A stretch of 64,000 bases of DNA from Bdellovibrionota bacterium (GTDB taxonomy: Bacteria; Bdellovibrionota_C; UBA2361; OMII01): NCBI GenBank assembly GCA_044345405.1, contig JBIJBE010000004.1, positions 2,405 through 66,404 on the forward strand, given 5' to 3'. Numbering within the stretch: the first letter of the stretch is position 1; the number at the start of each line of letters is the position of its first letter. The translations under genes were made by a program, and so were the position numbers. Under the pieces are notes generated by a model. That model saw nothing but the letters and a program-made list of their open reading frames with translations. It had not been told where the DNA came from and searched no databases. This document shows, piece after piece, positions 9,587 to 18,987 of the stretch.

Positions 9587-11038
9587 CTAGATCCTGAACG
9601 AAGAGAACTGCCACATATTCTCCTCCTTCAAAGGAGGCTCACCAAAGCTAGTGATCGCCCGGGCCGCCTCGCACCGAGGGGTCCATGAAACCTCCTCGGA
9701 AACGAATCGTCCAAGATACGGTCTAGCGACCTTAAGAACCTCTTCATGGTCAACATCGTCGGGTAAGCAGATACCCTTCCGTGGATTTTGAATCATCCAT
9801 CGGACCGCGGCTACCACGGAGCACGCTACTTGGAGCGTGGTAGCGTTCTGGCCCGGAGCGAGACGTCGCGCTTCATCGATATCGAGAATGCTTCCGGTCC
9901 ACCATCCGTTGAGATCGTGCCCCATCAACAAAACGCCTAACTCATCCCACCCTGAAGTGATCTCGTTGGTCATGATGCGCTGACGCTCTTGCAGCTTGTA
10001 TTCGCGCATTTTGAGCTCGTGAACGGAGGCGACCGCGGCGTCCGTTGGGCAATAGACGTAGTGCACCGTTGGACGATAGACCGCTGTGTTCCCGTGCCAT
10101 ACCGTCAGACGATCGGAGATACCGAACGCCTCACCATGTCGAATAACCATACCGATGATCGGACCACTCGGCACCCATGACCGTGCCCATGTGTTCACAC
10201 CGAGCGAGCTTAAACACACAACATTTCGCGGCCCCTCCTCGAAGGCGTATCCGTCCTTCGGCATCTCAAGCTCGTGAGTCCCCCACCCCATCTCAGCGGG
10301 CGCGATCCCCTCCTCAAAGAGTCCCTCGATACTCCACGTATTCACGAACTCATCGACCTGCTTTGGCTGATTAGAGATCTGCGTGTCACGCTCACTGATG
10401 TGAATGACCTTGGTTCCCGAAAGAGCGGCTAGTTTTGGAAAATCACGTGCGCCGAGCGCCCGCTCGAGGTCATGCCGACGTTGCGTTGGAACATCTTGTG
10501 AGAGGATCCGCTCGCTGAGGTCAAGCAGAGCCTGCTTTGTGAAGTGAGACACTAATCCGGGATTAGCGCCGTGATCAAGAACCGCCGTTGTGCCCGAATT
10601 ATCTCCCCACCCGTGCACCAAGGACCGGAGCTCCATCTGACGACGGTAGAGCGTATAGGCGCGCGGATCCGATCTGTGAGTGTCCGCGTATGGATTCCAC
10701 ACCTCCACGGAGGTGTTAACATAGAGCACGCGGTTATCTCGGCACCACTCAAGCATCGTTTTGGTTTCGATATTCCATCCGAGATCAATCAGAACATCGC
10801 CGGGAGAGAGCCAAGAGGAAAATATCTCGGAGAACGTTTCAGGAGTGACGCGAGCTTGCTGATAGACGATCCCAGCCTGAATGAGGTCCGCGATGAGCGC
10901 GCGGTTATCGACGAAATCAACTACCTTCACCCGATCTGGGGTGACATCGAGCTCCTTCAACACCAAAGGTAAGGTACATCGAGATACCGCTCCACATCCA
11001 ATAACAAGAACCTTCCCCTCAAATGCAAGCTTGTCCAC
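9587..11038 (-). CDS. hss: homospermidine synthase
   Basis: 483 aa. N-terminal Rossmann motif VLVIGCGAVSRCTLPL. Overall length and layout match bacterial HSS. GTG start. Confidence 0.7.
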   Translation of the reverse strand: MDKLAFEGKVLVIGCGAVSRCTLPLVLKELDVTPDRVKVVDFVDNRALIADLIQAGIVYQQARVTPETFSEIFSSWLSPGDVLIDLGWNIETKTMLEWCRDNRVLYVNTSVEVWNPYADTHRSDPRAYTLYRRQMELRSLVHGWGDNSGTTAVLDHGANPGLVSHFTKQALLDLSERILSQDVPTQRRHDLERALGARDFPKLAALSGTKVIHISERDTQISNQPKQVDEFVNTWSIEGLFEEGIAPAEMGWGTHELEMPKDGYAFEEGPRNVVCLSSLGVNTWARSWVPSGPIIGMVIRHGEAFGISDRLTVWHGNTAVYRPTVHYVYCPTDAAVASVHELKMREYKLQERQRIMTNEITSGWDELGVLLMGHDLNGWWTGSILDIDEARRLAPGQNATTLQVACSVVAAVRWMIQNPRKGICLPDDVDHEEVLKVARPYLGRFVSEEVSWTPRCEAARAITSFGEPPLKEENMWQFSSFRI

Positions 11039-11143
11039 ACTCCGCTCCCCAGATGTTACTCATACTCACGGTTTGAAACGGCAAGGTGCCAAGTCTCCGC
11101 AGATTACGGACCTACCCTATAGAATATTTAAGAGCTTTTCTTG

Positions 11144-11187
11144 GATTACCTCCTCTAGCGCCGGTTATTCAACTTGGAGTAGAATAT
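11144..11187 (+). promoter_or_regulatory. 44-nt cis motif, copy 1 (gattacctcctctagcgc-N7-ttcaacttggagtagaata), followed by an SD-like ggagggg but no gene
   Basis: Ungapped match to 12880..12923 (offset 1736), which lies just upstream of the CDS at 12950. Confidence 0.4.
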
Positions 11188-11297
11188 TAAGGAACCTCGG
11201 AGGGGCTTGAACTAAAACAGGGCAAAGCGGCTCAGTCTAGCTTTCAGGCTCTTCTGGCGCGAAACGGCGATCATAGCGCCGGAAAGCTCCCTACCGA

Positions 11298-11414
11298 TGG
11301 GCCCCCCTACTTTTTAAAAAGCAGGCGAACTCGTTCATATCGCGCAGTGGTGCTGCGATTCATGTTGCGACCCTACGTCGATTGAGAAGGCTTCGATTAA
11401 GTAGGTAGTACCAG
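11298..11414 (-). repeat. REPIN-like element, family 1, inverted copy
   Basis: Its reverse complement aligns with the 8430 copy (ttaatcgaagcc..., ...gatatgaacgagttcgcc). Termini tgggcccccctac / gtaggtagtaccag. Confidence 0.7.
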
Positions 11415-11468
11415 AGAGTGCGTGGCTTCAAGACGATCGGCGCCAGCGACTCCTCCGGCTTGCGATTT

Positions 11469-12599
11469 TTATGTCAAAGGACGCGCAGAGTCGAAGAGTT
11501 CCCTGAACAACGTTACAGCCTTAAGCTTAATCTCCGGCTCCGGGTGTGACATTACCCATAAGAGCCGTGACGCCACCAAGTCCCTCGCAAGCTCTCGATC
11601 GAATCTAACCGCCATCTCAGCAAAACAGGCGCACGCCTCGTGTGGATCGACTAAAGAATTCCTCTGTGCAAGTAGTTCGGCCCATGGCATCGAGTGGAAC
11701 TTCGGGTCTCGCATCGCGTCCAAAGACGAGTGCGATAGTGGCGTATCTATTCCTGGCTGTGGGTGCTTACGATGAGCGCTGACCTGCCCATCGAAACTCT
11801 GCGCCACAGCCTCTTCTACGACCGGCGTTTTCACATGTGCTCTTGGCAGGATTGTCGGTGCAGAATCTCTTGCCTGCCGCGGCATCTCTTCAATCGCGGC
11901 TCGCATCACAGGCTTCGTCGAGGCCTTCGTTGAAGGTACCTCTGGGATTATCTTAGCAGTATTTGGTCTAGCAGGGAGTGGATTCCCATCCTGTGCTCCA
12001 CGAACTGCGGATGTGGCCGCTGAACCACTCTGCGGCGGCGCATAGGGGACCTTAAGCAGAACCGTGAGCTTACTTGTGCGTGTCGCATTCTCCTCGATCT
12101 GCTCGATTCGCGCACACAACCCTCTAATTTCCCGCTTTTCACTGTCTTGCAGGTCATCGATTGCCAACGCTATGCCTGATTTCACGGCTCGGGAACGCTC
12201 AGCAAGCCCCCGGATAAGCATTCGTACATCATCCAACGTTTTCTCGGGAAGCTCGACTAGAGTCGCGTAGGCTTTGGCTCGGACGTGCTCACGGTCCTCA
12301 TCAAACGGTTGCTGAATGAGATGAACACTGAGTTTTCGAGCTCGTGCAGGATCGAGCACCAGTAACTCAGAAAGGACTCGAATCTGAATGAACGGCAAAT
12401 CCTGTCTTACATGGCCGATATCAAGCAGCGTCTGAGCCTGCTCACTTTTTGATATCCCACTTATCAGAATATCTCGAATAGCTGTTTCCGTCGCTACGGG
12501 GCACCGCGCACCGAGCGCTATAGCCCGGGGATCCTCACTGCCAGCGCACCGCTCTGAACCCGGAGCATCCGTCCTCCGATTGTCTGCAAATCCCACCAT
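11469..12599 (-). CDS. hypothetical protein, 376 aa (helical ends, Pro/Ala-rich middle)
   Basis: Long ORF with no recognisable motif. Confidence 0.5.
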   Translation of the reverse strand: MVGFADNRRTDAPGSERCAGSEDPRAIALGARCPVATETAIRDILISGISKSEQAQTLLDIGHVRQDLPFIQIRVLSELLVLDPARARKLSVHLIQQPFDEDREHVRAKAYATLVELPEKTLDDVRMLIRGLAERSRAVKSGIALAIDDLQDSEKREIRGLCARIEQIEENATRTSKLTVLLKVPYAPPQSGSAATSAVRGAQDGNPLPARPNTAKIIPEVPSTKASTKPVMRAAIEEMPRQARDSAPTILPRAHVKTPVVEEAVAQSFDGQVSAHRKHPQPGIDTPLSHSSLDAMRDPKFHSMPWAELLAQRNSLVDPHEACACFAEMAVRFDRELARDLVASRLLWVMSHPEPEIKLKAVTLFRELFDSARPLT

Positions 12600-12794
12600 A
12601 CCCAGCTCCAGACTCTTTAACCACGGAACGTAGCTACCGTGGGTACGCTATCAGTGTCCAGAAAATAGTGTTAGTTCTTAATGTGCCTTACAGCTTCGAG
12701 CTCAAGGGATCAACTTCGGGTATAACGGCTCTATGCCACACGGTACATCAGAGATGTTATTAGCTGCCTTGCGATATCAACAGCATCCACTGCA

Positions 12795-12816
12795 CTTGAA
12801 AAGAAGGGGGTACCAG
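12795..12816 (+). repeat. solo family-1 REP (cttgaaaagaagggggtaccag)
   Basis: Matches the extended consensus ttttgaaaagtagggtgtaccag. Confidence 0.5.
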
Positions 12817-12879
12817 TCAGCGGTCCCAGTCGGAGGAGGCTAGGAGCCCCACTACCCTCATATTAAAGCATGTTCCCTG

Positions 12880-12923
12880 AATTACCTCCTCTAGCGCGAA
12901 CATTTCAACTTGGAGTAGAATAA
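12880..12923 (+). promoter_or_regulatory. 44-nt cis motif, copy 2, upstream of the wHTH gene
   Basis: See 11144..11187. AGGAGG at 12937 and ATG at 12950. Confidence 0.4.
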
Positions 12924-12949
12924 TCGGGTATGTCGTAGGAGGACCACGT

Positions 12950-13777
12950 ATGTTGCTGACCACCGAACCTTCGCTTGAGCAAATAACCTTGCGGCTCCTC
13001 GCCGCTCAACCTCAAATGACCGCCGAGGAGATTCGCACACAAGCGTCGCAGGGCAAAAACACCTATAGTCACGCGGCGGTGTACAAGGTCCTCGGCAGGT
13101 TGCAGGCTAACGGATTAGTGGTTCGTGCCATGTCGAAGTACAGCTTAAGCCTTAGCTGGATTTTTGATCTGCTTACCTTCGCCGACAACGCCTCAAGGAT
13201 ATACTTCGCGGATTCCTACATCGAATCCCTGATTCCGCCGGCGGGTAGCAAACTTTCCTGGAAGTTTTCAAATCTCGTCCGATGCAACGACTTTTGGAAT
13301 CAGCTGCTCCTCGCGCTCCTGAAACACACACCTTCTGACGATGTGGTCGCATGGGTTCCCTACCCATGGTTCGTTGTACTTCAAGATGATCGGGAGTCTC
13401 GATTGCATCAGGCCTTCAAGATGAGTCGACGCCAATTCTACACCAATTTTGGGCCGTCCGGTCCCTTTGAGCCAGCGGTCCGAAAGCTTTACAAGCACAA
13501 GAACCAAACGGTCTCGTTCGCGAGAGGCCCCCTGGCGGACCTCGAGAGCTCGTATATCGATGTTATCGGTGATTATGTACTCACGGTAACGCTCCCCACC
13601 GATGCGGCTCGACGAATTCAAACTCAATTGCATGCACTCGGGGCGAGTAAAGAGCTTAATCCTGGTAAGTTCCTAGCGGTAATCACCGAGCCGTGCAAAG
13701 CCAAGGTCGTGCTGGAATGTTCCCCTAAGAAAGCTGCCCGCTTGCGAAAGGACTTACTCGCATTCTTCAAGGTCTAA
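12950..13777 (+). CDS. hypothetical protein with N-terminal winged-helix-like segment
   Basis: MTAEEIRTQ...HAAVYKVLGRLQANGLVV resembles MarR/PadR-type wHTH. The C-terminal 200 aa are unassigned. Confidence 0.45.
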   Translation: MLLTTEPSLEQITLRLLAAQPQMTAEEIRTQASQGKNTYSHAAVYKVLGRLQANGLVVRAMSKYSLSLSWIFDLLTFADNASRIYFADSYIESLIPPAGSKLSWKFSNLVRCNDFWNQLLLALLKHTPSDDVVAWVPYPWFVVLQDDRESRLHQAFKMSRRQFYTNFGPSGPFEPAVRKLYKHKNQTVSFARGPLADLESSYIDVIGDYVLTVTLPTDAARRIQTQLHALGASKELNPGKFLAVITEPCKAKVVLECSPKKAARLRKDLLAFFKV

Positions 13778-14337
13778 GATATCTCAAGCTCTCGAATTAG
13801 GCTCCCTCAGGAGCGCTCGTTCGCGCGCCGAAACTACCTCAGGCCTTTACATACGGATGTTGTGAAATGAGGAAGAAAAGGTAGGAGGCTATCCGAGAGA
13901 TAACGTCAGTATACGAGGCGACGCTAAGAGCGAATCAGCGCTCTTGCGAAACCTTACGTATACTTTGCTTCTTTTCGGCTAACGTTGCGACGATAACTCC
14001 TCCCTCCGCTCCAGCAAGTTGCCTCACACGTAGCGTTGGAAGGAAAGGTCACGCGCTGACACGCGTTAAGACCCCGTCGAGTATCTCAAAAGCACCAATG
14101 TATCCCCCCACAGTGCTTTCGAGCCTCTCAAATAGCCCCCACATACGTTATGTGTAACACCCGCTCGGGTGTGCTTATCAAGCAACCATTTTTCGTGAGT
14201 ACCCTCACAGGAGGCTAGGTACGGGCACGACCGGCCTAATCAATACCGATTAAAACCTACGAAAAATCACTAAATCGGACTCATTTTTAGCCTCATCCCG
14301 GATAAGGGGATAGGTAAACCCGTTTTTCTGAGGTTCT

Positions 14338-15129
14338 ATGCTCACATTTTCTCGAACTAGTATCGCGGCACTCGCTCTCTTTTCTCTCTGTCTGTTGACC
14401 GCATCTGAGAGCGTCGCGGAACGGGCGTGCATCGGTCGTCGTTGCAAACGCCCTGTCGTTCAGGTGCCAGCCCGACCTCAACCACAAAAAACAGCGAAAC
14501 CGAGCGCGCCGCAACCGAAACCTGTGCGTAATCTACCGGATATTCCGGCTCCAAGTCTCAATCAATGTCATCCGAGGGGACACGGTCAGGCGATTTACTT
14601 GTATGATCGCGATGTCACGCAGGCAATGATCCGGATAGACTCAGGCCTTCAAGAGCAGGCTCTCATGCCGTATAAGATGTGTCGCCTGCTGGTCGGACAG
14701 TTTAGGCAGAATTGTTGTAATCAGGTAAAAGCAGCCGCTATTCAACGTTGTCAGCAAGGGGTTGATGCGTTCGCCCAAAGCGATACTAAGTGCTGGTTTA
14801 ACGCGCCATGCCGCCGAAAAGCGCTCTGCCCGATCAAGTGGATAGTTGAGGAGAAGCGAGTTCAATGCTGCAACGCTCTAAAGCCCCAAGCGATTAGCTT
14901 CCTGAAGGGCTACTGTGCGAGTCGACTTGAGACGATGACGGTGACCTGTGCGGCTACCAACCTTCCACCGGCACCAACACCGATAGTTGAAGTGAACACC
15001 CCAACCGAATCCGATGGATACGTAACCATTCAGCCGGTAGGCACTCCCGTACCATTCAATCCGGGATTGAGCATCCCACAAGGCGAGTTGCTCGAACGGG
15101 TAGAAGATGGGACAGCTTTAGCCGAATAG
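14338..15129 (+). CDS. secreted Cys-rich hypothetical protein
   Basis: Signal peptide MLTFSRTSIAALALFSLCLLTASES, many Cys including two CC pairs, and Pro-rich linkers. Confidence 0.5.
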   Translation: MLTFSRTSIAALALFSLCLLTASESVAERACIGRRCKRPVVQVPARPQPQKTAKPSAPQPKPVRNLPDIPAPSLNQCHPRGHGQAIYLYDRDVTQAMIRIDSGLQEQALMPYKMCRLLVGQFRQNCCNQVKAAAIQRCQQGVDAFAQSDTKCWFNAPCRRKALCPIKWIVEEKRVQCCNALKPQAISFLKGYCASRLETMTVTCAATNLPPAPTPIVEVNTPTESDGYVTIQPVGTPVPFNPGLSIPQGELLERVEDGTALAE

Positions 15130-15149
15130 GGCAAGAATAACGAGGGGCG

Positions 15150-16316
15150 CTATACCGTCTCATCTCGAACGAGGATAGCACCCGCTTTAACCCCCTTCAC
15201 CCACTGGCACCGCACAACCTGGTGCGCGGCGCACGTGGCAAGAGGGTTTCCGGTGATATCTGAAAAGGTCTCAAGCTCAGCAGGAAGTTCACTTCCATCG
15301 TGCGCGACAAACTTAAACGAAGCCCCCTGTGTATCGAAATCCCGAAGCGTAAGGAGCCCAAGAAGCTCACCACGCTCAACGGACACAACCTCCGCGACAC
15401 ACTTTGCGTCACGCAGCAGTCTCGTCTGCGGTTTCATTCGGGCGAACTGCTTATCGGTCTTGTTTCGCTTGAAGAACGGAGCTGACGTCGGCCTCGTCCA
15501 GACGGTATCCAGGCCAGCATCACCTGCGAGCGTCATCGCACAGAGAGTATCGATCCCCTTCGCGGCGTGTTCTCCCGCTTGAAGGTCACGAAGATCTATC
15601 CGGATAGTGTGCATTCCCGCCTCGTCTAGTCGCGCGAGGGAATCCAGGATGAAGTGGTCCTTGTTGAGGTACATGAAGGTCCCGTGCTCGTTCTCAATCG
15701 TTGGGAACGGTCGAGAGGCGGACTCCTCAGAGGATGAGTCGGCGTAGATCCAGTGCGCGTCGTTCGCCTCTTCATCATTTCTAAAGTTCGCCTGCAAGAG
15801 GTGGCGCTTTGAGTAGAAGAGCAAGATCTTGCCAGCCCCTAATACCTCACACTCGGTGTTGAGCTGCTTGCAGCACGCAATCAACTTATCCTCGGGAAGC
15901 TGTGTCGAAAGAATCATTCGTTGAGGTCGCAACTCAGAGACCCACCGAGCAAGCCCCGGCATATTGTGGTTCGAATTCTCGACCACGAACTGCAACGCCT
16001 TTCCAGGAGCGTGTTCACGGACCCACATCGCCGCGCCGGGATCCTGAGTCCGAATCGCTGAGAAGAGGTCGAGATTCATGCCGGCCACAAGCTTGCTGCG
16101 ATTAGCGAACTCGGTCTCCGTCATCAAGATATCCCAGACGAGCGTTGGTTTGAGGCCGTGTTGAGCCGCCTCTTTCGCCAGCTCTTCCGCTTCCTCACAT
16201 GAGAGACGCCCCTCACGGGAGAGCTCTCGTGGCTCAATCAAAACCTCCTCAAGGTTGGGCGCCGCGGCGCACGCGAGGATATCCTCTTTCGATGTTACAA
16301 ACGTCGTGAACTTCAT
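15150..16316 (-). CDS. U32-family protein lacking the Cys cluster
   Basis: 388 aa with TIM-barrel-like U32 layout. ATGA overlap with the upstream U32 gene. No CX6CX15CX3C motif. Confidence 0.55.
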   Translation of the reverse strand: MKFTTFVTSKEDILACAAAPNLEEVLIEPRELSREGRLSCEEAEELAKEAAQHGLKPTLVWDILMTETEFANRSKLVAGMNLDLFSAIRTQDPGAAMWVREHAPGKALQFVVENSNHNMPGLARWVSELRPQRMILSTQLPEDKLIACCKQLNTECEVLGAGKILLFYSKRHLLQANFRNDEEANDAHWIYADSSSEESASRPFPTIENEHGTFMYLNKDHFILDSLARLDEAGMHTIRIDLRDLQAGEHAAKGIDTLCAMTLAGDAGLDTVWTRPTSAPFFKRNKTDKQFARMKPQTRLLRDAKCVAEVVSVERGELLGLLTLRDFDTQGASFKFVAHDGSELPAELETFSDITGNPLATCAAHQVVRCQWVKGVKAGAILVRDETV

Positions 16317-17521
16317 ACGCGCGCTGCCCTCACGATATTAAGTGGCTCCACCTTGGCGAGCTGTTCATCCAGTGGGATACACACGACACAATCCTGACGA
16401 GGCGACTCAAGCCGATTACCCGTGAGATCGTACACCTGCGTCGCCGTTACCGGGATCGGTTCTCCACGGAACGGCACGATCTCGATTCGCTGATCCTCTG
16501 TCATCGGAGCGTAGAGTCGAACAGCGGCGAAACGGTCGCTCTTTTCAAGCACGACACCGGTGAATTGATGCGTTCCTGAGCGAACGGTTCCCTGTCGATC
16601 TTGAAATACAGACAACATGCCGGCTGGTTTAGAGAACGATGCCCCGAAGTAATCGCGGTGCGGAATGCTATTTATTTCGGCTTGAAGCTCCGGCAACGCC
16701 GCGGCGTAATCCTCACCAGAGGTGTAGATATCGATAGCTTTTCGGTAGGCGCGGCACAACGACGCTACATAGAAGAGAGACTTCATGCGTCCCTCGATCT
16801 TCAACGAATCGATCTCCGCGTCACAGAACTCAGGAATATGCTCGAGTCCACTCATATCCTTCGATGACATGAAGAATGACTCTGACGAGCAGCCTTTGCT
16901 TGGGCTCGCTTGTTGATACTGGAACCGACATGACTGAATACAACCACCACGATTGGAGTCACGACCAGCGGTATAGTTTGAGATAACGCAGTTACCTGAG
17001 TACGCCATGCACATCGCGCCGTGCGTGAACATCTCCATCTCAAGACCGCACTTCGCTTTGATCTCCTGAGCCTCTCGAATGCTCACCTCTCGGCCTAATA
17101 CGATTCGCTCAACCCCTTGGCTCTTCCAAAAAGCAGCGGACGCTGAATTTAAACAGGAAGCTTGGGTTGAGAGATGAACGTGGAGCTTGGAGCTCTTCTG
17201 AATGACGTCGATGACGCCGAGGTCAGAGACGATAACTCCGGTTACTCCTTGAGCGTCGAGGAATTGGCAGAACTCGCCGAGCCCCTCAAGATCCTCATCG
17301 TGAAGGAACGCGTTCAAGGTGATGTACGTCTTTACGCCGTGACGTTTCGCGAACGCGACGCCCTCAGCGATCTCATCAAGGGTAAAATTATCGGCGCGAG
17401 CCCGAAGGCTGTACTTCTGGCCGCTAAAGAATACGGCGTCGGCGCCGTACAGCACGGCTACTTTTAGTTTTTCGAGGCTACCGGCTGGTGCCAAAAGTTC
17501 AGGCTTGATCATAAGCGGCAT
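16313..17521 (-). CDS. U32-family protein with Fe-S type Cys motif
   Basis: KPELLAPAGS N-terminus. HGAMCMAYSGNCVISNYTAGRDSNRGGCIQSC equals CX6CX15CX3C. Confidence 0.75.
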   Translation of the reverse strand: MPLMIKPELLAPAGSLEKLKVAVLYGADAVFFSGQKYSLRARADNFTLDEIAEGVAFAKRHGVKTYITLNAFLHDEDLEGLGEFCQFLDAQGVTGVIVSDLGVIDVIQKSSKLHVHLSTQASCLNSASAAFWKSQGVERIVLGREVSIREAQEIKAKCGLEMEMFTHGAMCMAYSGNCVISNYTAGRDSNRGGCIQSCRFQYQQASPSKGCSSESFFMSSKDMSGLEHIPEFCDAEIDSLKIEGRMKSLFYVASLCRAYRKAIDIYTSGEDYAAALPELQAEINSIPHRDYFGASFSKPAGMLSVFQDRQGTVRSGTHQFTGVVLEKSDRFAAVRLYAPMTEDQRIEIVPFRGEPIPVTATQVYDLTGNRLESPRQDCVVCIPLDEQLAKVEPLNIVRAARV

Positions 17522-17681
17522 CTTATACCAATCAGGGATCTAAGGCGACTTAGGCGGGCCGTTAGAAGCTCCCCCTGAAATGCGAAGGGAGGGGGCTCCC
17601 CTCGGCCTGATATTTTCAGCTACTTACGACATCCAATACCACCCTCCTTGAGTAGCGACCCCAAGAAGCTACACTACTGCG

Positions 17682-18854
17682 ATGCAACCAGACCAATCCC
17701 CCCGTCCTGGTAGCGCTGCCCCAGGAGTATCAAACACCGCTTCTGATCAGCGCTCGCCTTCCGTCGCCGAGTCATCACCTGACCTCGCTGGAGCGTCATT
17801 CACGCCCCAGGTCACCACGCCTCCGGATTCGGTGAACGAACTTCAGAGAGCGGCCGATCGACTCCACTGCAGTCCCTCGAGGACAGAGATCATGAACCGG
17901 CTGGAGGAGGCTTCTCACCCTCTCCCCTCCTCCCTGGAGGATGACGTCGCGCTCGCGCGGACTCGACTCGAATCGATAAGCCCCGAAGCTCAACTGGAGA
18001 TAGTTCAGCGGGTTTTCACACCAGCCATCATGGAGAGGGCCGCATGGGCGATCCCAGGTTGTCCCTTTGTCAGAGTCTCAAGCCCCTCCATCCCAGCAGA
18101 GATCCAAGAGTTCATGAAGGGCATGATCGATGAGATCCTCACCTTCGGAACCCTTCCACCTGCCATGTCGATCGGCGCAATTAACGCGCTCGGAATGAGC
18201 GTGCCCCGCTATAAAACCCACACGGTTCGAAATCTCACGCTCCTTACCGGAGCGGTGACGATAGCGGCAGCGGCGTGTGGTCCACTTTGGGCGGCGGCGG
18301 CCGTCCTCGCTACCGGAGCGTTTCTGATCAGAGGGCTACGACATCAACCGGATCTTCACGGCGAGTTCGCGGCAGGGTGTCTCCTCGAGTGCATGGACGC
18401 GGATCAGGTTATCCGCGGCACGAGAGACACGATTCCAACTTTAACAAAAACCGTTGACTCCTACTTCAACGACCCGAGCGTTCCCCAAACGTATCGTAAC
18501 GCGGTTCAGAGCGAGGGGTTCCTCGCGGCACGCACCCTTCGAATATTCGGATACTTTCCCCTCGACATTTTTTCAGGATTCGCGGCACCGAGCTCGCTAT
18601 CGCCCAAGAGCAGCCTCATCACGGACCTCCTCCAAACGTCCCTAATCCCCCAGGAGGTCTCGCTCACACAACCTCTCACAACCGTATTAAGGAATCCGAC
18701 AGCTGACAGGAACAGCGACACGATCTCACTTCTGGAGACACTTAACGCGGCCCACTTTGCCTGGGCCTTGCGGGATAAGCAGAAGCTGCGGCACGAGGTG
18801 GCAAACCTGATCCTTCAACGAGTTGATGACAAAGCCCCGAGCGCTCTAGGGTAG
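17682..18854 (+). CDS. hypothetical protein, 390 aa, disordered N-terminus and central hydrophobic hairpin
   Basis: Long ORF. LTLLTGAVTIAAAACGPLWAAAAVLATGAFLI is a TM-like segment. Confidence 0.5.
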   Translation: MQPDQSPRPGSAAPGVSNTASDQRSPSVAESSPDLAGASFTPQVTTPPDSVNELQRAADRLHCSPSRTEIMNRLEEASHPLPSSLEDDVALARTRLESISPEAQLEIVQRVFTPAIMERAAWAIPGCPFVRVSSPSIPAEIQEFMKGMIDEILTFGTLPPAMSIGAINALGMSVPRYKTHTVRNLTLLTGAVTIAAAACGPLWAAAAVLATGAFLIRGLRHQPDLHGEFAAGCLLECMDADQVIRGTRDTIPTLTKTVDSYFNDPSVPQTYRNAVQSEGFLAARTLRIFGYFPLDIFSGFAAPSSLSPKSSLITDLLQTSLIPQEVSLTQPLTTVLRNPTADRNSDTISLLETLNAAHFAWALRDKQKLRHEVANLILQRVDDKAPSALG

Positions 18855-18987
18855 CCTCACCCCGTCGTTGAAACCCTGCGTGTCCGGCATCACAATTCAA
18901 CACGTTAGAGAATCGTACCGGTTCGTTATACTTCCGTTATAACTCGTCCCCATAATCCTCATACGGTTCACGTTTGAGGAGACGATT

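Noticed and set aside
11169-11186. Sigma-70 promoter inside the duplicated 44-nt motif (TAGAAT as the -10)
   Set aside because: No acceptable -35 hexamer lies 16-18 nt upstream in either copy, so the sigma factor and function are left open.
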